64,000 bases of DNA, taken from Thermoanaerobaculia bacterium. GTDB lineage: Bacteria; Acidobacteriota; Thermoanaerobaculia; Gp7-AA8. The translations under genes and the position numbers were made by a program. Every line of letters starts with the position of its first letter. The stretch's first letter is position 1. Shown here piece by piece: positions 35,681 to 44,534 of this stretch. The stretch spans positions 122 through 64,121 of the forward strand of contig DASXHZ010000058.1 in the NCBI GenBank assembly GCA_036488085.1, given 5' to 3'. Under the pieces are notes generated by a model. The model did no database searches. It was not told the DNA's origin and was given only the letters and a program-made list of their open reading frames with translations.

Positions 35681-35955
35681 CGTTTCAGCTGGCGTACTGC
35701 GGATTTCACGTGGCGCCCACGCTGCTTTTGTCGTGCGCAGCGTGGCTCGGGGTGAAACCCGCGCGGTGTCACGTGGCGCACGCCGGGTTTCAGGTGGAGC
35801 ACGCCGGGTTTCAGGTGGCGCGCGCCGGGTTTCAGGCGGAGCACGCCGGGTTTCAGGTGGCGCACGCCGGGTTTCAGGTGGCGCACGCCGGGTTTCAGGT
35901 GGAGCGCGGCGGGCTTCAGGCGGAGCGCGGCGGGCTTTAGGTGGCGCCAGCGAGG
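35681..35955. repeat. 21-bp tandem repeat, about 9-12 units (array C)
   Basis: Contiguous units of TTTCAGGTGG(C/A)GC(A/G)CGCCGGG from 35767 to 35955, with degenerate copies from 35681. Two adjacent units at 35851-35892 are identical. Confidence 0.9.
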
Positions 35956-36082
35956 CTCCGGATGTTCTTCGCTAGGCGCCTCGGGATCGCAGATGTGCTT
36001 GGCCAGGATTGTGCGCGCCACGCTGAGGCGGGCCGGGGGCGCGGGCTGGGAGGCCCGCGCCACACCGGATGGGTCGGTGGGG

Positions 36083-37114
36083 TTACGTGAGGCGGAGGAT
36101 GGCGGGGGGGATGTGGTGGAGGGGCAGCACCGAGGTGACGGCGCCGCGGAGGATGGCTTCTTTGGGCATGCCGAAGATGACGGACGTCGCTTCGTCCTGG
36201 GCGATTGTCGGGGCACCGGCGGCGTACATTTCGGCGAGGCCTTGCGCGCCGTCGTCGCCCATGCCGGTGAGGATGATGCCGAGGGCGTTCGCGCCGGCTG
36301 ACTGGGCGACGGAGCGAAAGAGGACGTCGACGCTCGGGCGGTGACGCGAGACGAGGGCGCCGTCCGAGAGCTGCGCGAAGTAGCGCGAGCCGTGGCGGCG
36401 GACCAGTAGGTGATGGCTGCCGGGGGCGATTAGCACGCGGCCTGCGGAGATGACGTCGCCGTTCGCGGCCTCTTTCACTTCGACGCGGGAGAGTGAGTTC
36501 AAACGTTTCGCGAAGGCGGCGGTGAATCCCTCCGGCATGTGCTGGACGACCACCATCCCCGGCGCGTTGGGCGGCAACGCCTCGATGATCTGGCGCAGCG
36601 CCTCGGTGCCGCCGGTCGATGCGCCGACGGCGACGATCCGGTCGGTGGCGCCCGAGACGGACGGCGCGGCGGCGGGAAGGATGACATCGACCGGATGCCG
36701 CGCGACGAGCGGCATGGTCTTCCGCATCCGTGCTTGCGCGGCGGCGCGGAGCGTGTCGGTGATCATGACCGCGCCTTCGGCGATGAACTCCCGCACGCCC
36801 ATCGGCGGCTTGCCGATGACGTCGACGGCGCCCTCTTCGAGCGCGCGCATTGCGGTCTCGCTGCCGCGCGCGGCGGCGCTGGAGCAGATGACGACCGGCA
36901 GCGGGTCGCGGCTCATGATCTGGCGTAGGAACGAGAAGCCGTCCATCCGCGGCATCTGCAGGTCGAGGACGACGACGTCCGGCCGCTGCTTGAGGATCTT
37001 CCGCTCCGCGATGATCGGGTCGGCCGCGGTGTCGACCGAAAACTTGCCCGCCAGCAGCATGGAGAACGCCTGACGGACGGTTGCCGAGTCATCGACTACG
37101 AGGACGTGCATCAT
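36083..37114 (-). CDS. cheB: Chemotaxis response regulator protein-glutamate methylesterase
   Basis: N-terminal REC (VLVVDDSATVRQ...VVVLDLQMPRMDG) and C-terminal methylesterase (VAVGASTGG, VVVQHMP, GMGDDGA). Confidence 0.9.
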   Translation of the reverse strand: MMHVLVVDDSATVRQAFSMLLAGKFSVDTAADPIIAERKILKQRPDVVVLDLQMPRMDGFSFLRQIMSRDPLPVVICSSAAARGSETAMRALEEGAVDVIGKPPMGVREFIAEGAVMITDTLRAAAQARMRKTMPLVARHPVDVILPAAAPSVSGATDRIVAVGASTGGTEALRQIIEALPPNAPGMVVVQHMPEGFTAAFAKRLNSLSRVEVKEAANGDVISAGRVLIAPGSHHLLVRRHGSRYFAQLSDGALVSRHRPSVDVLFRSVAQSAGANALGIILTGMGDDGAQGLAEMYAAGAPTIAQDEATSVIFGMPKEAILRGAVTSVLPLHHIPPAILRLT

Positions 37115-37941
37115 CGCGGCTCCTTGAGCGCGTACACGGTCGGTCCCGCCACGCGCACGCGATCGAATGCGTTGAGGCTTTCAGAGTGGCCGAGGAAGAG
37201 GAGGCCGTGGGGCTCGAGCCGGTCGAGCAGGCGGTGGATGATGCGCCGCTTCGTCTCGGCGTCGAAGTAGATGAGGACGTTCCGGCAGAAGATCGCGTCG
37301 AACTTGCCGGCGACGGGGTAGGAGTCGTGGTGAAGGTTCACGCGGCCGAAACGGATGAGCGCGTGCAGCTCGTCGCGCGCGGCGAAGTAGCCTTCCTTCA
37401 TGCCGACGCCGCGAAGGAGGTACGGCTTGCGGTAGCGCGCCGGAATGTGGGCGATGCGGTCCATCGGGAAGATGCCGCCCTTGGCGCGGTCGAGCACCTT
37501 GGTCGAGAGGTCGGTGGCGACGATCTCGATCTTCCAGTCGGGGAGCTGCGCCAGGAGCGACATGCCGATCGAATACGGTTCTTCACCGCTCGAACAGCCG
37601 GCGCTCCAGATGCGGACTTCCCGCCGGCGCTGGCCCGACTCCGCGGCGGTACGCCACGCCGGGATCAGCTCGTTCTCGAGGAATGCGAACTGTTTCGGCT
37701 CGCGGAAGAAGTGCGTCTCGTTGGTGCAGATCGAGTCGAGCATCCGTATGAGCTCGTCGCGGTCGGAGGCGACGACGTCGTAGTACGCCGCGAACGAGGC
37801 GAGGGAGAGCGCGCGGAGCCGCGGACCGACCCGGCCGACCAGAAGGGCGCGCTTCTGGTCGGACAGGTTGATCCCCGCCTCGCGATAAATGAGCGCTTGG
37901 AAGAGCTTGAACTCTTTCGTCGTGATGAGGGTCTCGATCAT
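37111..37941 (-). CDS. cheR: Chemotaxis protein methyltransferase
   Basis: TNETHFFREPKQF, RIWSAGCSSGEEPYS and IFCRNVLIYFD. 4-bp overlap with cheB. Confidence 0.9.
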   Translation of the reverse strand: MIETLITTKEFKLFQALIYREAGINLSDQKRALLVGRVGPRLRALSLASFAAYYDVVASDRDELIRMLDSICTNETHFFREPKQFAFLENELIPAWRTAAESGQRRREVRIWSAGCSSGEEPYSIGMSLLAQLPDWKIEIVATDLSTKVLDRAKGGIFPMDRIAHIPARYRKPYLLRGVGMKEGYFAARDELHALIRFGRVNLHHDSYPVAGKFDAIFCRNVLIYFDAETKRRIIHRLLDRLEPHGLLFLGHSESLNAFDRVRVAGPTVYALKEPR

Positions 37942-37993
37942 GGCTGGTTCATCGTGTGTGTGGGGCCGGCTCTTAGCCGGCCCTCACATGTGT

Positions 37994-39742
37994 TTAGAAC
38001 GAGTGGAAGTCACTCAACGACGTGCGGCCGTTGCCGCCTTTCGCGGCGAACGACTGTTGCGGCAGGCGGACGGCGGCGGCGTGGGGGACGTTGGACGATG
38101 CGGGCGCGTGGCGCTCGTTGCCGATGCGGAAGAAGCTGACGAGGTTCTGCAGGCCCTCGGCTTGCGCGGCCATCTCCTCGGCGGTTGCGGCGAGCTCCTC
38201 GGCGGCGGAGGCGTTGCGCTGCGTCACCTGGTCGACCTGCGTGAGCGACTGGTTGATCTGCGCGACGCCGGCGGCCTGCTCGTTGGAGGCGGCGGCAACA
38301 TCCTGCACCAACTCCGCGGTGCGGCGGATCGACGGTACGAGGTCGGTGAGGAGGGCACCGGAGCGGTCGGCGACTCGGACGCTGTCGGTGGCGAGGCCGC
38401 TGATCTCGCGCGAGGACGTCTGGCTGCGCTCGGCGAGCTTGCGCACCTCGGTAGCGACGACGGCGAAGCCGCGTCCGTGCTCACCGGCGCGTGCGGCTTC
38501 GATGGCGGCGTTCAGGGCGAGCAGGTTCGTCTGGTAGGCGATCTCCTCGATGATCGAGATCTTCTGCGCGATCGACTTCATCGCTCCGACTGTCTCGCGG
38601 ACGGCGTTACCGCTCTCCTCGGCGTCGCGCGATCCCTTCATCGCCATCGACTCGGTCTGCCGGCTGTTGTCGGCGTTCTGCGAGATCGAGGCGTTCATCT
38701 GCTCGAGGCTCGCGGTCGTCTCCTGCACCGCGGCGGCCTGCTGGCTGTTGCCCGACGACACGGCCTGGGCGGTCGACGACACCTGACCGGCGGCGGTGGC
38801 GAGGGAGGTGGCGGCAGAACGGACTTCGCCGATGATCTCGACGAGGCGGGAGATCATTCTGGAGAGCGAGGTGCCGAGGGCGTCGCGATCCGAGCGCGGA
38901 GCGACGTTGACGCCGAGGTTGCCGTCGGCGATCGCAGTGGCAGCCACCACCATTTGTGCGTTCGAGGCGATCATCTTCTTCATCGAGAGGAGAAGCTGGG
39001 CCGTCTCGTCGTTCCCCTTCACTTCCACGCGCTGCTCGGAGTCTCCTTCCGCCAGCTTCTCGGCGATCTCGACGACGGCGGCGATCGGCACCGTGATGCT
39101 GCGGGTGATCGAGAAGGCGATGATCAGGGCCACGATCAACGCGAGCGCCGTGACGGCGATCATGATCGTTCGCGCGTTCGAGCCGGTGGCGACGATGGTC
39201 TTCTTCTTGTCCTGGACGGACTGTGTGGTGCCGTCTTCGAGCGTCTGCGCCGCATCCTCGACGCGATGGATCTCGTCTTTGATCGGCGTGATCTCCTTGT
39301 TGGCGTCAACGGCGGTCTTGATCTCGCCCGCGGCGATGCGCTTCGAAAGCGACTGGAACGCGGAGACGTACGTGGTCACGTCGCTACGGGTGGCGCGAAT
39401 GAGGTCGATCTCCTTGGAGTCGGAGATGAGCCTCTCCATGCTCGAGAGGTTGTCGTCGAGCTCGCGCCGCGCCTTCTCCCACTTGCCGAGGTACTCGGTT
39501 TCTTTTTCGCGGTCGCCGATGTTGAGGAAGTAATCCTTCTCGAAGCGGCGCATGTCGAGGGTGGCAATCTTGGCGTCATTCGCGTAGCCCGCGACGGCGA
39601 CGTCGACGTTCATCGCCCTCATGGCGGTGTCGACGGAGGTGCCGAGGCCCCACTGGCCGGTGAAGGCGACGATCGCGAGGAAGGCGAGGACGATGCCGAA
39701 GCCGGCGAAGAGTCTTTTTCCGATGCTGATCTGCTGCAACAT
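37994..39742 (-). CDS. Methyl-accepting chemotaxis protein
   Basis: Two TM segments flank a periplasmic region, followed by HAMP. Highly conserved signalling hairpin [40 protein letters not shown]. Confidence 0.9.
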   Translation of the reverse strand: MLQQISIGKRLFAGFGIVLAFLAIVAFTGQWGLGTSVDTAMRAMNVDVAVAGYANDAKIATLDMRRFEKDYFLNIGDREKETEYLGKWEKARRELDDNLSSMERLISDSKEIDLIRATRSDVTTYVSAFQSLSKRIAAGEIKTAVDANKEITPIKDEIHRVEDAAQTLEDGTTQSVQDKKKTIVATGSNARTIMIAVTALALIVALIIAFSITRSITVPIAAVVEIAEKLAEGDSEQRVEVKGNDETAQLLLSMKKMIASNAQMVVAATAIADGNLGVNVAPRSDRDALGTSLSRMISRLVEIIGEVRSAATSLATAAGQVSSTAQAVSSGNSQQAAAVQETTASLEQMNASISQNADNSRQTESMAMKGSRDAEESGNAVRETVGAMKSIAQKISIIEEIAYQTNLLALNAAIEAARAGEHGRGFAVVATEVRKLAERSQTSSREISGLATDSVRVADRSGALLTDLVPSIRRTAELVQDVAAASNEQAAGVAQINQSLTQVDQVTQRNASAAEELAATAEEMAAQAEGLQNLVSFFRIGNERHAPASSNVPHAAAVRLPQQSFAAKGGNGRTSLSDFHSF

Positions 39743-39765
39743 GGTTCTTGTCCTTTTCTGTCTTT

Positions 39766-40254
39766 TCAGACTGCGGCGGCGGCGACGTCGTCGACCGCCT
39801 CAATGGTTTGCTGGAGGTCGACCGGCGAGAGGACGCGGTCGATGTCGAGGATCAGGGCGAGCCGTCCGTCGAGCTTGCCCATGCCGGTGAGGAAGTCGAC
39901 GCGGATGCCGGTTCCGAATGCGGGCGCAGGCTCGATCTGCTGCATGTCGAGATGGACGACTTCGCAGACGGCGTCGGCCATCATCCCGGCGACGACCATG
40001 GCGCCGTCGATCTGCGTCTCGACGATGACGATGCAGCTGGTGCGCGACGGCGCGGTCTCGCTGCCGCCGAACTTGGCGGCGAGATCGACGACCGGGACGA
40101 CCGATCCGCGAAGGTTGATGACACCACGGACATGCGCCGGAACGCCCGGCACGCGCGTGACGTCGGTGTACTCCATGATCTCTTTCACACGGAGGATGCC
40201 GACCGCGTACTCTTCGCGGCCGATCAGGAACGTCAGGTATTGTTCTTGACTCAT
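39766..40254 (-). CDS. cheW: Chemotaxis coupling protein CheW
   Basis: [22 protein letters not shown]...[24 protein letters not shown]. Confidence 0.9.
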   Translation of the reverse strand: MSQEQYLTFLIGREEYAVGILRVKEIMEYTDVTRVPGVPAHVRGVINLRGSVVPVVDLAAKFGGSETAPSRTSCIVIVETQIDGAMVVAGMMADAVCEVVHLDMQQIEPAPAFGTGIRVDFLTGMGKLDGRLALILDIDRVLSPVDLQQTIEAVDDVAAAAV

Positions 40255-40349
40255 TTCTCACCTCTGAAGGATGACGATGCGTTTCTTCCGGCGCGGATTG
40301 GACCGGAACGGTTTGACGAGGAATCGGAAGATGGAGAGGAGCGTCGCGG

Positions 40350-41789
40350 TCACGAATCGCTCCGCATTTCGATGCTGCGGAGAATCGCTGGGGTGTCGAG
40401 GATCAGGGCCACCTGGCCGTTGCCGAGGATCGATGAGCCGGCGACGCGGGAGACTTCGCCGAAGTAGTTTCCGAGAGGCTTGATGACGGTCTGCCCGCTG
40501 CCGTGCAACTCGTCGACGACGAGTCCCGCCTTCGCGGCGCCGTGGCGGACGATGAGGACGTTCTCGCGGGAGGTCGCGATCGATGGGAGGCCGAAGAGGT
40601 TGCGGAGGCGGACGTAGGGGACGATCTCTTCGCGCAACAGCAGCACGCCTGACGCTTCCTCGCTCCGTTCGGCTTCGGGAAGCTCGATGCACTCGACGAC
40701 GTGGTCCATCGGCACGATGAAGGTCTCGGTCGCTGCGGTGACGCGGAAGCCGTCGATGACGGCGAGGGTGAGCGGGATGCGAATCGTGAAGGTGGTGCCC
40801 GAGCCGATGGCGGTCGCGACGTCGATGGTGCCGCGCAGCGACTCGACGGCGCGGCGGACGACGTCCATCCCCATGCCGCGGCCGGACAGATCGGTGACGC
40901 TGCTGGAGGTGGTAAAGCCGGGCTCGAAGATGCGGTCGAGACGTTCGCCGTGGAGGTCGATCCCGGCGCCGTCGTCCGAGATGCGGATGACGATCGATCC
41001 CGCCTCGTGTTGGGCCGCGAGCGTGATGGTTCCGGATGCCGGCTTGCCGCCCGCGATCCGCTCCTCCGGCGGCTCGATACCGTGGTCGATCGAGTTCCGG
41101 ATCATGTGCGTGAGCGGGTCGCGCAGCATCTCGACCGCGGTGGTGTCGACTTCGACGTCCTCGCCAATGGTCTCGAGCTGCGCGTTCTTGCCGTGGGTCG
41201 ACGCGGTGTCGCGGACGACGCGCGTGTAGGAGCGGAAGAGCGGTCCGAGCGGGACCATCCGCACGCGCATGATCAGTTCCTGCAACTCGGTCTCGAGCAT
41301 GGCGACCTGGCGGTCGAGCTCCACGACGGCGTCGTAGTCGGCGCTCGCTAGGAGCTGTTGCACGCGGCCGCGCGCGATGGCGATCTCGCCCGCGAGGTCG
41401 AGCATCCGGTCGAGCTTCTCGGAAGCGACGCGGAGCGAGCGCGCGGCGGTGCGCTGCGCGCCTCCGGCTGAAGGTGCGGCGATCAGGCGGCGGAAGGTGT
41501 CGATGCCGGAGAGGAGCAGCGTGATGACGGCTGGATCGGCCTGCAAGACGTTCTCGTGGATCCGCTCCAGCAGTTCTTCGTAGGCGTGCGCGAACGAGGC
41601 GACGCTGGTGAGGCCGACGCACGACGCGTTTCCCTTGATGGTGTGCGCCCGGCGGAGGAGCTCCTGCTGGACTTCGGCGTCGTCGGGCGTGACTTCGAGC
41701 GCCAGCAGGCCGTTCTCGATGGCGGCGATGTCTTCCACCGCTTCCTCGACGAACGTCGTCATCAGCTCGTTCAGATCGATTTCAGACAT
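40350..41789 (-). CDS. cheA: Chemotaxis histidine kinase CheA (short form, no obvious P2 domain)
   Basis: Hpt with AHTIKGNA, HATPase blocks HMIRNSIDHGIE and DDGAGID, GRGMGMDVV, and a C-terminal CheW-like domain. At 479 aa it is short for a CheA. Confidence 0.85.
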   Translation of the reverse strand: MSEIDLNELMTTFVEEAVEDIAAIENGLLALEVTPDDAEVQQELLRRAHTIKGNASCVGLTSVASFAHAYEELLERIHENVLQADPAVITLLLSGIDTFRRLIAAPSAGGAQRTAARSLRVASEKLDRMLDLAGEIAIARGRVQQLLASADYDAVVELDRQVAMLETELQELIMRVRMVPLGPLFRSYTRVVRDTASTHGKNAQLETIGEDVEVDTTAVEMLRDPLTHMIRNSIDHGIEPPEERIAGGKPASGTITLAAQHEAGSIVIRISDDGAGIDLHGERLDRIFEPGFTTSSSVTDLSGRGMGMDVVRRAVESLRGTIDVATAIGSGTTFTIRIPLTLAVIDGFRVTAATETFIVPMDHVVECIELPEAERSEEASGVLLLREEIVPYVRLRNLFGLPSIATSRENVLIVRHGAAKAGLVVDELHGSGQTVIKPLGNYFGEVSRVAGSSILGNGQVALILDTPAILRSIEMRSDS

Positions 41790-42238
41790 ACGGTCCCCTC
41801 ATCTGTGCGGTAGACGATCTTTCGCCCGCGGTTGCCGCCGGTGTCGATCTCGATGACGTCGACGCCGCACTTGGCGAGGAAGTCGAGCGCGAGCTCGACG
41901 TTCTTCTGGCCGAGGCTCGCCGTCATCTTCAGTTCCTGAAACATGGAAGAGCCGCCGAAGACGCGCGCCTGAAGGAACGGCAACCGCGCGCCGGCGGCGC
42001 GGAGGCCGTCGAGCAGCTCCTTCATCGCGACGTCGCCGAACCGCGCCGATGAGACTGTCCGGCCGCCGCCGAACGGCAGCATGAAGTGATTGATACCGCC
42101 GACGCGCTTGGTCAGGTCGAACATGCAGACCGAGACGCACGAGCCGAGAATGGTCGTGACCTGCATCGGCTCGACGGAGATCGCGAGGTGCCCCGGCTGC
42201 AGAAAGCGGGTGGCGATGCCCGGCGTCTCGAGAGGCAT
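41771..42238 (-). CDS. cheD: Chemoreceptor glutamine deamidase CheD
   Basis: VTTILGSCVSVCMFD with the catalytic Cys context. The Met at 42238 avoids overlap with the upstream gene (the track ORF starts at 42283). Confidence 0.8.
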   Translation of the reverse strand: MPLETPGIATRFLQPGHLAISVEPMQVTTILGSCVSVCMFDLTKRVGGINHFMLPFGGGRTVSSARFGDVAMKELLDGLRAAGARLPFLQARVFGGSSMFQELKMTASLGQKNVELALDFLAKCGVDVIEIDTGGNRGRKIVYRTDEGTVCLKSI

Positions 42239-42243
42239 TGCGC

Positions 42244-42879
42244 TCACGGCACCACCGTCAGGCGCGACGTCGCGCGAGTGCAATAAAGCGCGGTGGCGGC
42301 GTGCGAGGCGAGGAGCTCGAAGAGCTCGAGGTCGATCGGCTCGAACCCCTCTTTCTGCGGGAGGAGGCGGAAGATGCCGATGACGCCGATGACGGTGTCG
42401 TCGAGCTTGAGCGGGATGCAGGCGCTGAGCGACTCCTGGGAACCGCCGCCGACGATGTCGACTTCACCCGCGACGTAGCGTTGCCCGGTCTCGGCAACGA
42501 GGCCGATCAGGCCTCCGTCGCCATCGAGCCTGACGCGCTCCCACTTGTTCGCGTCGACGCCGAAGGAGTCGAGCAGCGTCAGCGCCTCTCCGGTGATCTC
42601 CCAGATCGCCAGCTCTTCGGAGCCGATGAGGTTGATGATCACTTCCTTGATGGCGGTAAGGACGCGGTCGCGGTCGAGCGTGCCGTGCAACTGGTAGGTC
42701 GCGACGTATAGGTTCGCGAGGTTGGTGTTCTGCTGCTCCACGTCGATGTAGCGCGAGGAGAAGTCGGCCAAGGTCTGGTTCAGGCGCTGGATCTCCTCGA
42801 GCAGGTTCTGCACGTACTCGCGGGTGTCGTTGTTCACCTTGTCGACGAAAGGACGGCCTTCTTGCAGTTTCATCGTCAT
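42244..42879 (-). CDS. Coiled-coil + GAF-domain protein
   Basis: 211 aa. N-terminal heptad-like region (LLEEIQRLNQTLADF), then GAF-like ..VLTAIKEVIINLIGSEELAIWEI...GLIGLVAETGQRYV...IPLKLDDTVIGVIGIF. Confidence 0.75.
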   Translation of the reverse strand: MTMKLQEGRPFVDKVNNDTREYVQNLLEEIQRLNQTLADFSSRYIDVEQQNTNLANLYVATYQLHGTLDRDRVLTAIKEVIINLIGSEELAIWEITGEALTLLDSFGVDANKWERVRLDGDGGLIGLVAETGQRYVAGEVDIVGGGSQESLSACIPLKLDDTVIGVIGIFRLLPQKEGFEPIDLELFELLASHAATALYCTRATSRLTVVP

Positions 42880-42885
42880 CCGTCC

Positions 42886-43266
42886 TTAGCTCGCGGCCGC
42901 CAGGCCGAGGATGTTGTTCAGCTTCGTGATCAGCTCGAGGCCGTTGATCGGCTTGGTGACGTAGTCGGTGCAGCCGTTGCGGAACGCGGTCTCGATGTTC
43001 TTTTCCTCGCCGCGGGTGGTGACCATGACGATGGGGATGTTGGCGGTCGCCTCGTCGTTGCGGATGGCGGCGCAGGCAGAGAGGCCGTCGAGGTTCGGCA
43101 TCATCACGTCGAGGAGGATGACGTCGGGCTTTTCGCTCTTCGCTTTGGCGATGCCTTCGACGCCATCGCGCGCCGTAACGATTTCGTACGGCCCTTTCGC
43201 GAGGATCATTTTTTCCATGAGGATCACGGTGCTCGAGTCGTCGACGAGCAGGATTTTCTTTTTCAT
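42886..43266 (-). CDS. cheY: Single-domain response regulator CheY
   Basis: MKKKILLVDDSSTV...DVILLDVMMPNLDG...TTRGE...YVTKP. ATG at 43266 (the track ORF begins at a GTG at 43269). Confidence 0.9.
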   Translation of the reverse strand: MKKKILLVDDSSTVILMEKMILAKGPYEIVTARDGVEGIAKAKSEKPDVILLDVMMPNLDGLSACAAIRNDEATANIPIVMVTTRGEEKNIETAFRNGCTDYVTKPINGLELITKLNNILGLAAAS

Positions 43267-43268
43267 CA

Positions 43269-44042
43269 CTAACTCCCTTTCTTGATAGCGGGTGTTGATT
43301 CGAGGTATGCGGTTTGTGCGAGCTCGTCGGCGGGCATCGCCGGCGCGAACAGAAATCCCTGGACCACGCCGATCCCGAGCTTCGCGACGACTTCAAGGTC
43401 GTCTTCGTGCTCGATCCCCTCGGCGATCGGCGACGCGCCGATGGCGTCGGCGAGCGAGACGATCGATGCGATCACGGCGGAGCGCACGGAGTCGCGCGAG
43501 CAGCCGTCGACGATGTAGCGGTCGACCTTGAGGTGATCGGGGCGGCAGTCGACGATCATCCGGAAGTTGGAAGCGCCGACGCCGAGGTCGTCGACGGCGA
43601 TGCGGACTCCGGCGTCGCGCAACGTGCCGAGGGTCGACTGGAAGCTGTCCATCGTCCACGGCGCGCGGTGCTCGACGATCTCGAGGATGAGGCGCTCGGG
43701 CGCGATCTCGAACGACTCCGCCGCGTCGAGGAAGTGCTCGGCGAAGTGCGGGATGTTGCCGAGCGTCGAGCCGTGGACGTTGATGGAGATGCGCGGCTTG
43801 CCCGGAAGCGTCGCCGCCGAGGCAAGCGCCTCCGCGATGCAGATGGAGTCGAGCTGCGACTCCTCTCCTTTCCGGCGGGCGTATTCGAACAGGACGTTGG
43901 GGCGCTCGACGCTCGATCCGCGCGGACCGCGGGCGAGCGCTTCCAGGGCGTACAGGCGCGGCCTTCCGCTGCGGATGCAGAGCATCGGCTGGAACTCGAT
44001 GCGGATGGCCCCGGGGCGTTTGAGTGTGTCGATCAGTGTCAT
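43269..44042 (-). CDS. EAL-domain protein (putative c-di-GMP phosphodiesterase)
   Basis: Start at CAT 44040-44042 (MTLIDTL). YALEALARG, LILEIVEH, RIAVDDLGVG, LKVDRYIV and PIAEGIEHEDD.. VVQGFLF. The track ORF extends 95 unsupported codons upstream. Confidence 0.85.
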   Translation of the reverse strand: MTLIDTLKRPGAIRIEFQPMLCIRSGRPRLYALEALARGPRGSSVERPNVLFEYARRKGEESQLDSICIAEALASAATLPGKPRISINVHGSTLGNIPHFAEHFLDAAESFEIAPERLILEIVEHRAPWTMDSFQSTLGTLRDAGVRIAVDDLGVGASNFRMIVDCRPDHLKVDRYIVDGCSRDSVRSAVIASIVSLADAIGASPIAEGIEHEDDLEVVAKLGIGVVQGFLFAPAMPADELAQTAYLESTPAIKKGS

Positions 44043-44446
44043 GCGTTTCCTTCGAGGAGTTGAGTGACGGTCCGCGCGATTTCGAGCAGCGGCCGCGGTT
44101 TCTTGAGGAGTGCGTGGACGCCGCGCCGTTTCGCCTCCGCTTCGACGTGCGGGGTCGCATGCGCCGTGAGCAGGATCAGGCGCGCCGTCGGGCAGTGGAG
44201 GCGGATGTAGCGGATGATCTCGAGGCCCTCGGTCGAGCCGTTGCCGCCGAGGGAGAGATCGATGATCACGACGTCGTAGTCGCAGCAGGCGGCGAGCGCC
44301 TCGGCTTCTTCGAGCTCGCGCGCGCACTGCACGCTGTAGCCCTGGCGGCGGAAGTATTTTTCGAGGGCGAAGAGGATGGTCTCTTCGTTGTCGATGATGA
44401 GCAGCTTCTTGTTCACGGGCCGCTCATAGAGCAACGCGACTGCCAC
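44039..44446 (-). CDS. Single-domain response regulator (REC)
   Basis: KKLLIIDNEETILFAL...DVVIIDLSLGG...LLTAH...LLKKP. Both candidate starts are GTG (44446 or 44416). ATGA overlap with the EAL gene start. Confidence 0.8.
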   Translation of the reverse strand: MAVALLYERPVNKKLLIIDNEETILFALEKYFRRQGYSVQCARELEEAEALAACCDYDVVIIDLSLGGNGSTEGLEIIRYIRLHCPTARLILLTAHATPHVEAEAKRRGVHALLKKPRPLLEIARTVTQLLEGNA

Positions 44447-44455
44447 GGGTGCCAG
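44431..44455 (-). promoter_or_regulatory. Candidate sigma54 (-24/-12) promoter
   Basis: The minus strand reads CTGGCACCCGTGGCAGTCGCGTTGC. TGGCAG-N5-TTGC fits TGGCAC-N5-TTGC(A/T). It lies between the sigma54 activator gene and the REC-EAL-cheY... operon. It overlaps the longer of the two possible REC starts. Confidence 0.35.
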
Positions 44456-44534
44456 TCACGTAAGATGTTGTTCTGGAATGGTTTAACGAGTTGTGAACGG
44501 CCGGTGAACGAGCCCGCGTTTTAGAAGTAGCACG

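Noticed and set aside
35578-36216. 212-aa minus-strand ORF with HLKPGVR heptads
   Set aside because: Its reading frame exists only because of the 21-bp DNA repeat. It overlaps the cheB 3-prime end, has Pro/Arg-rich composition and has no RBS.
37889-40249. 786-aa plus-strand ORF
   Set aside because: It is antisense to cheR, the MCP and cheW, all of which carry diagnostic motifs. Its translation is Gly/Arg/Asp low complexity.
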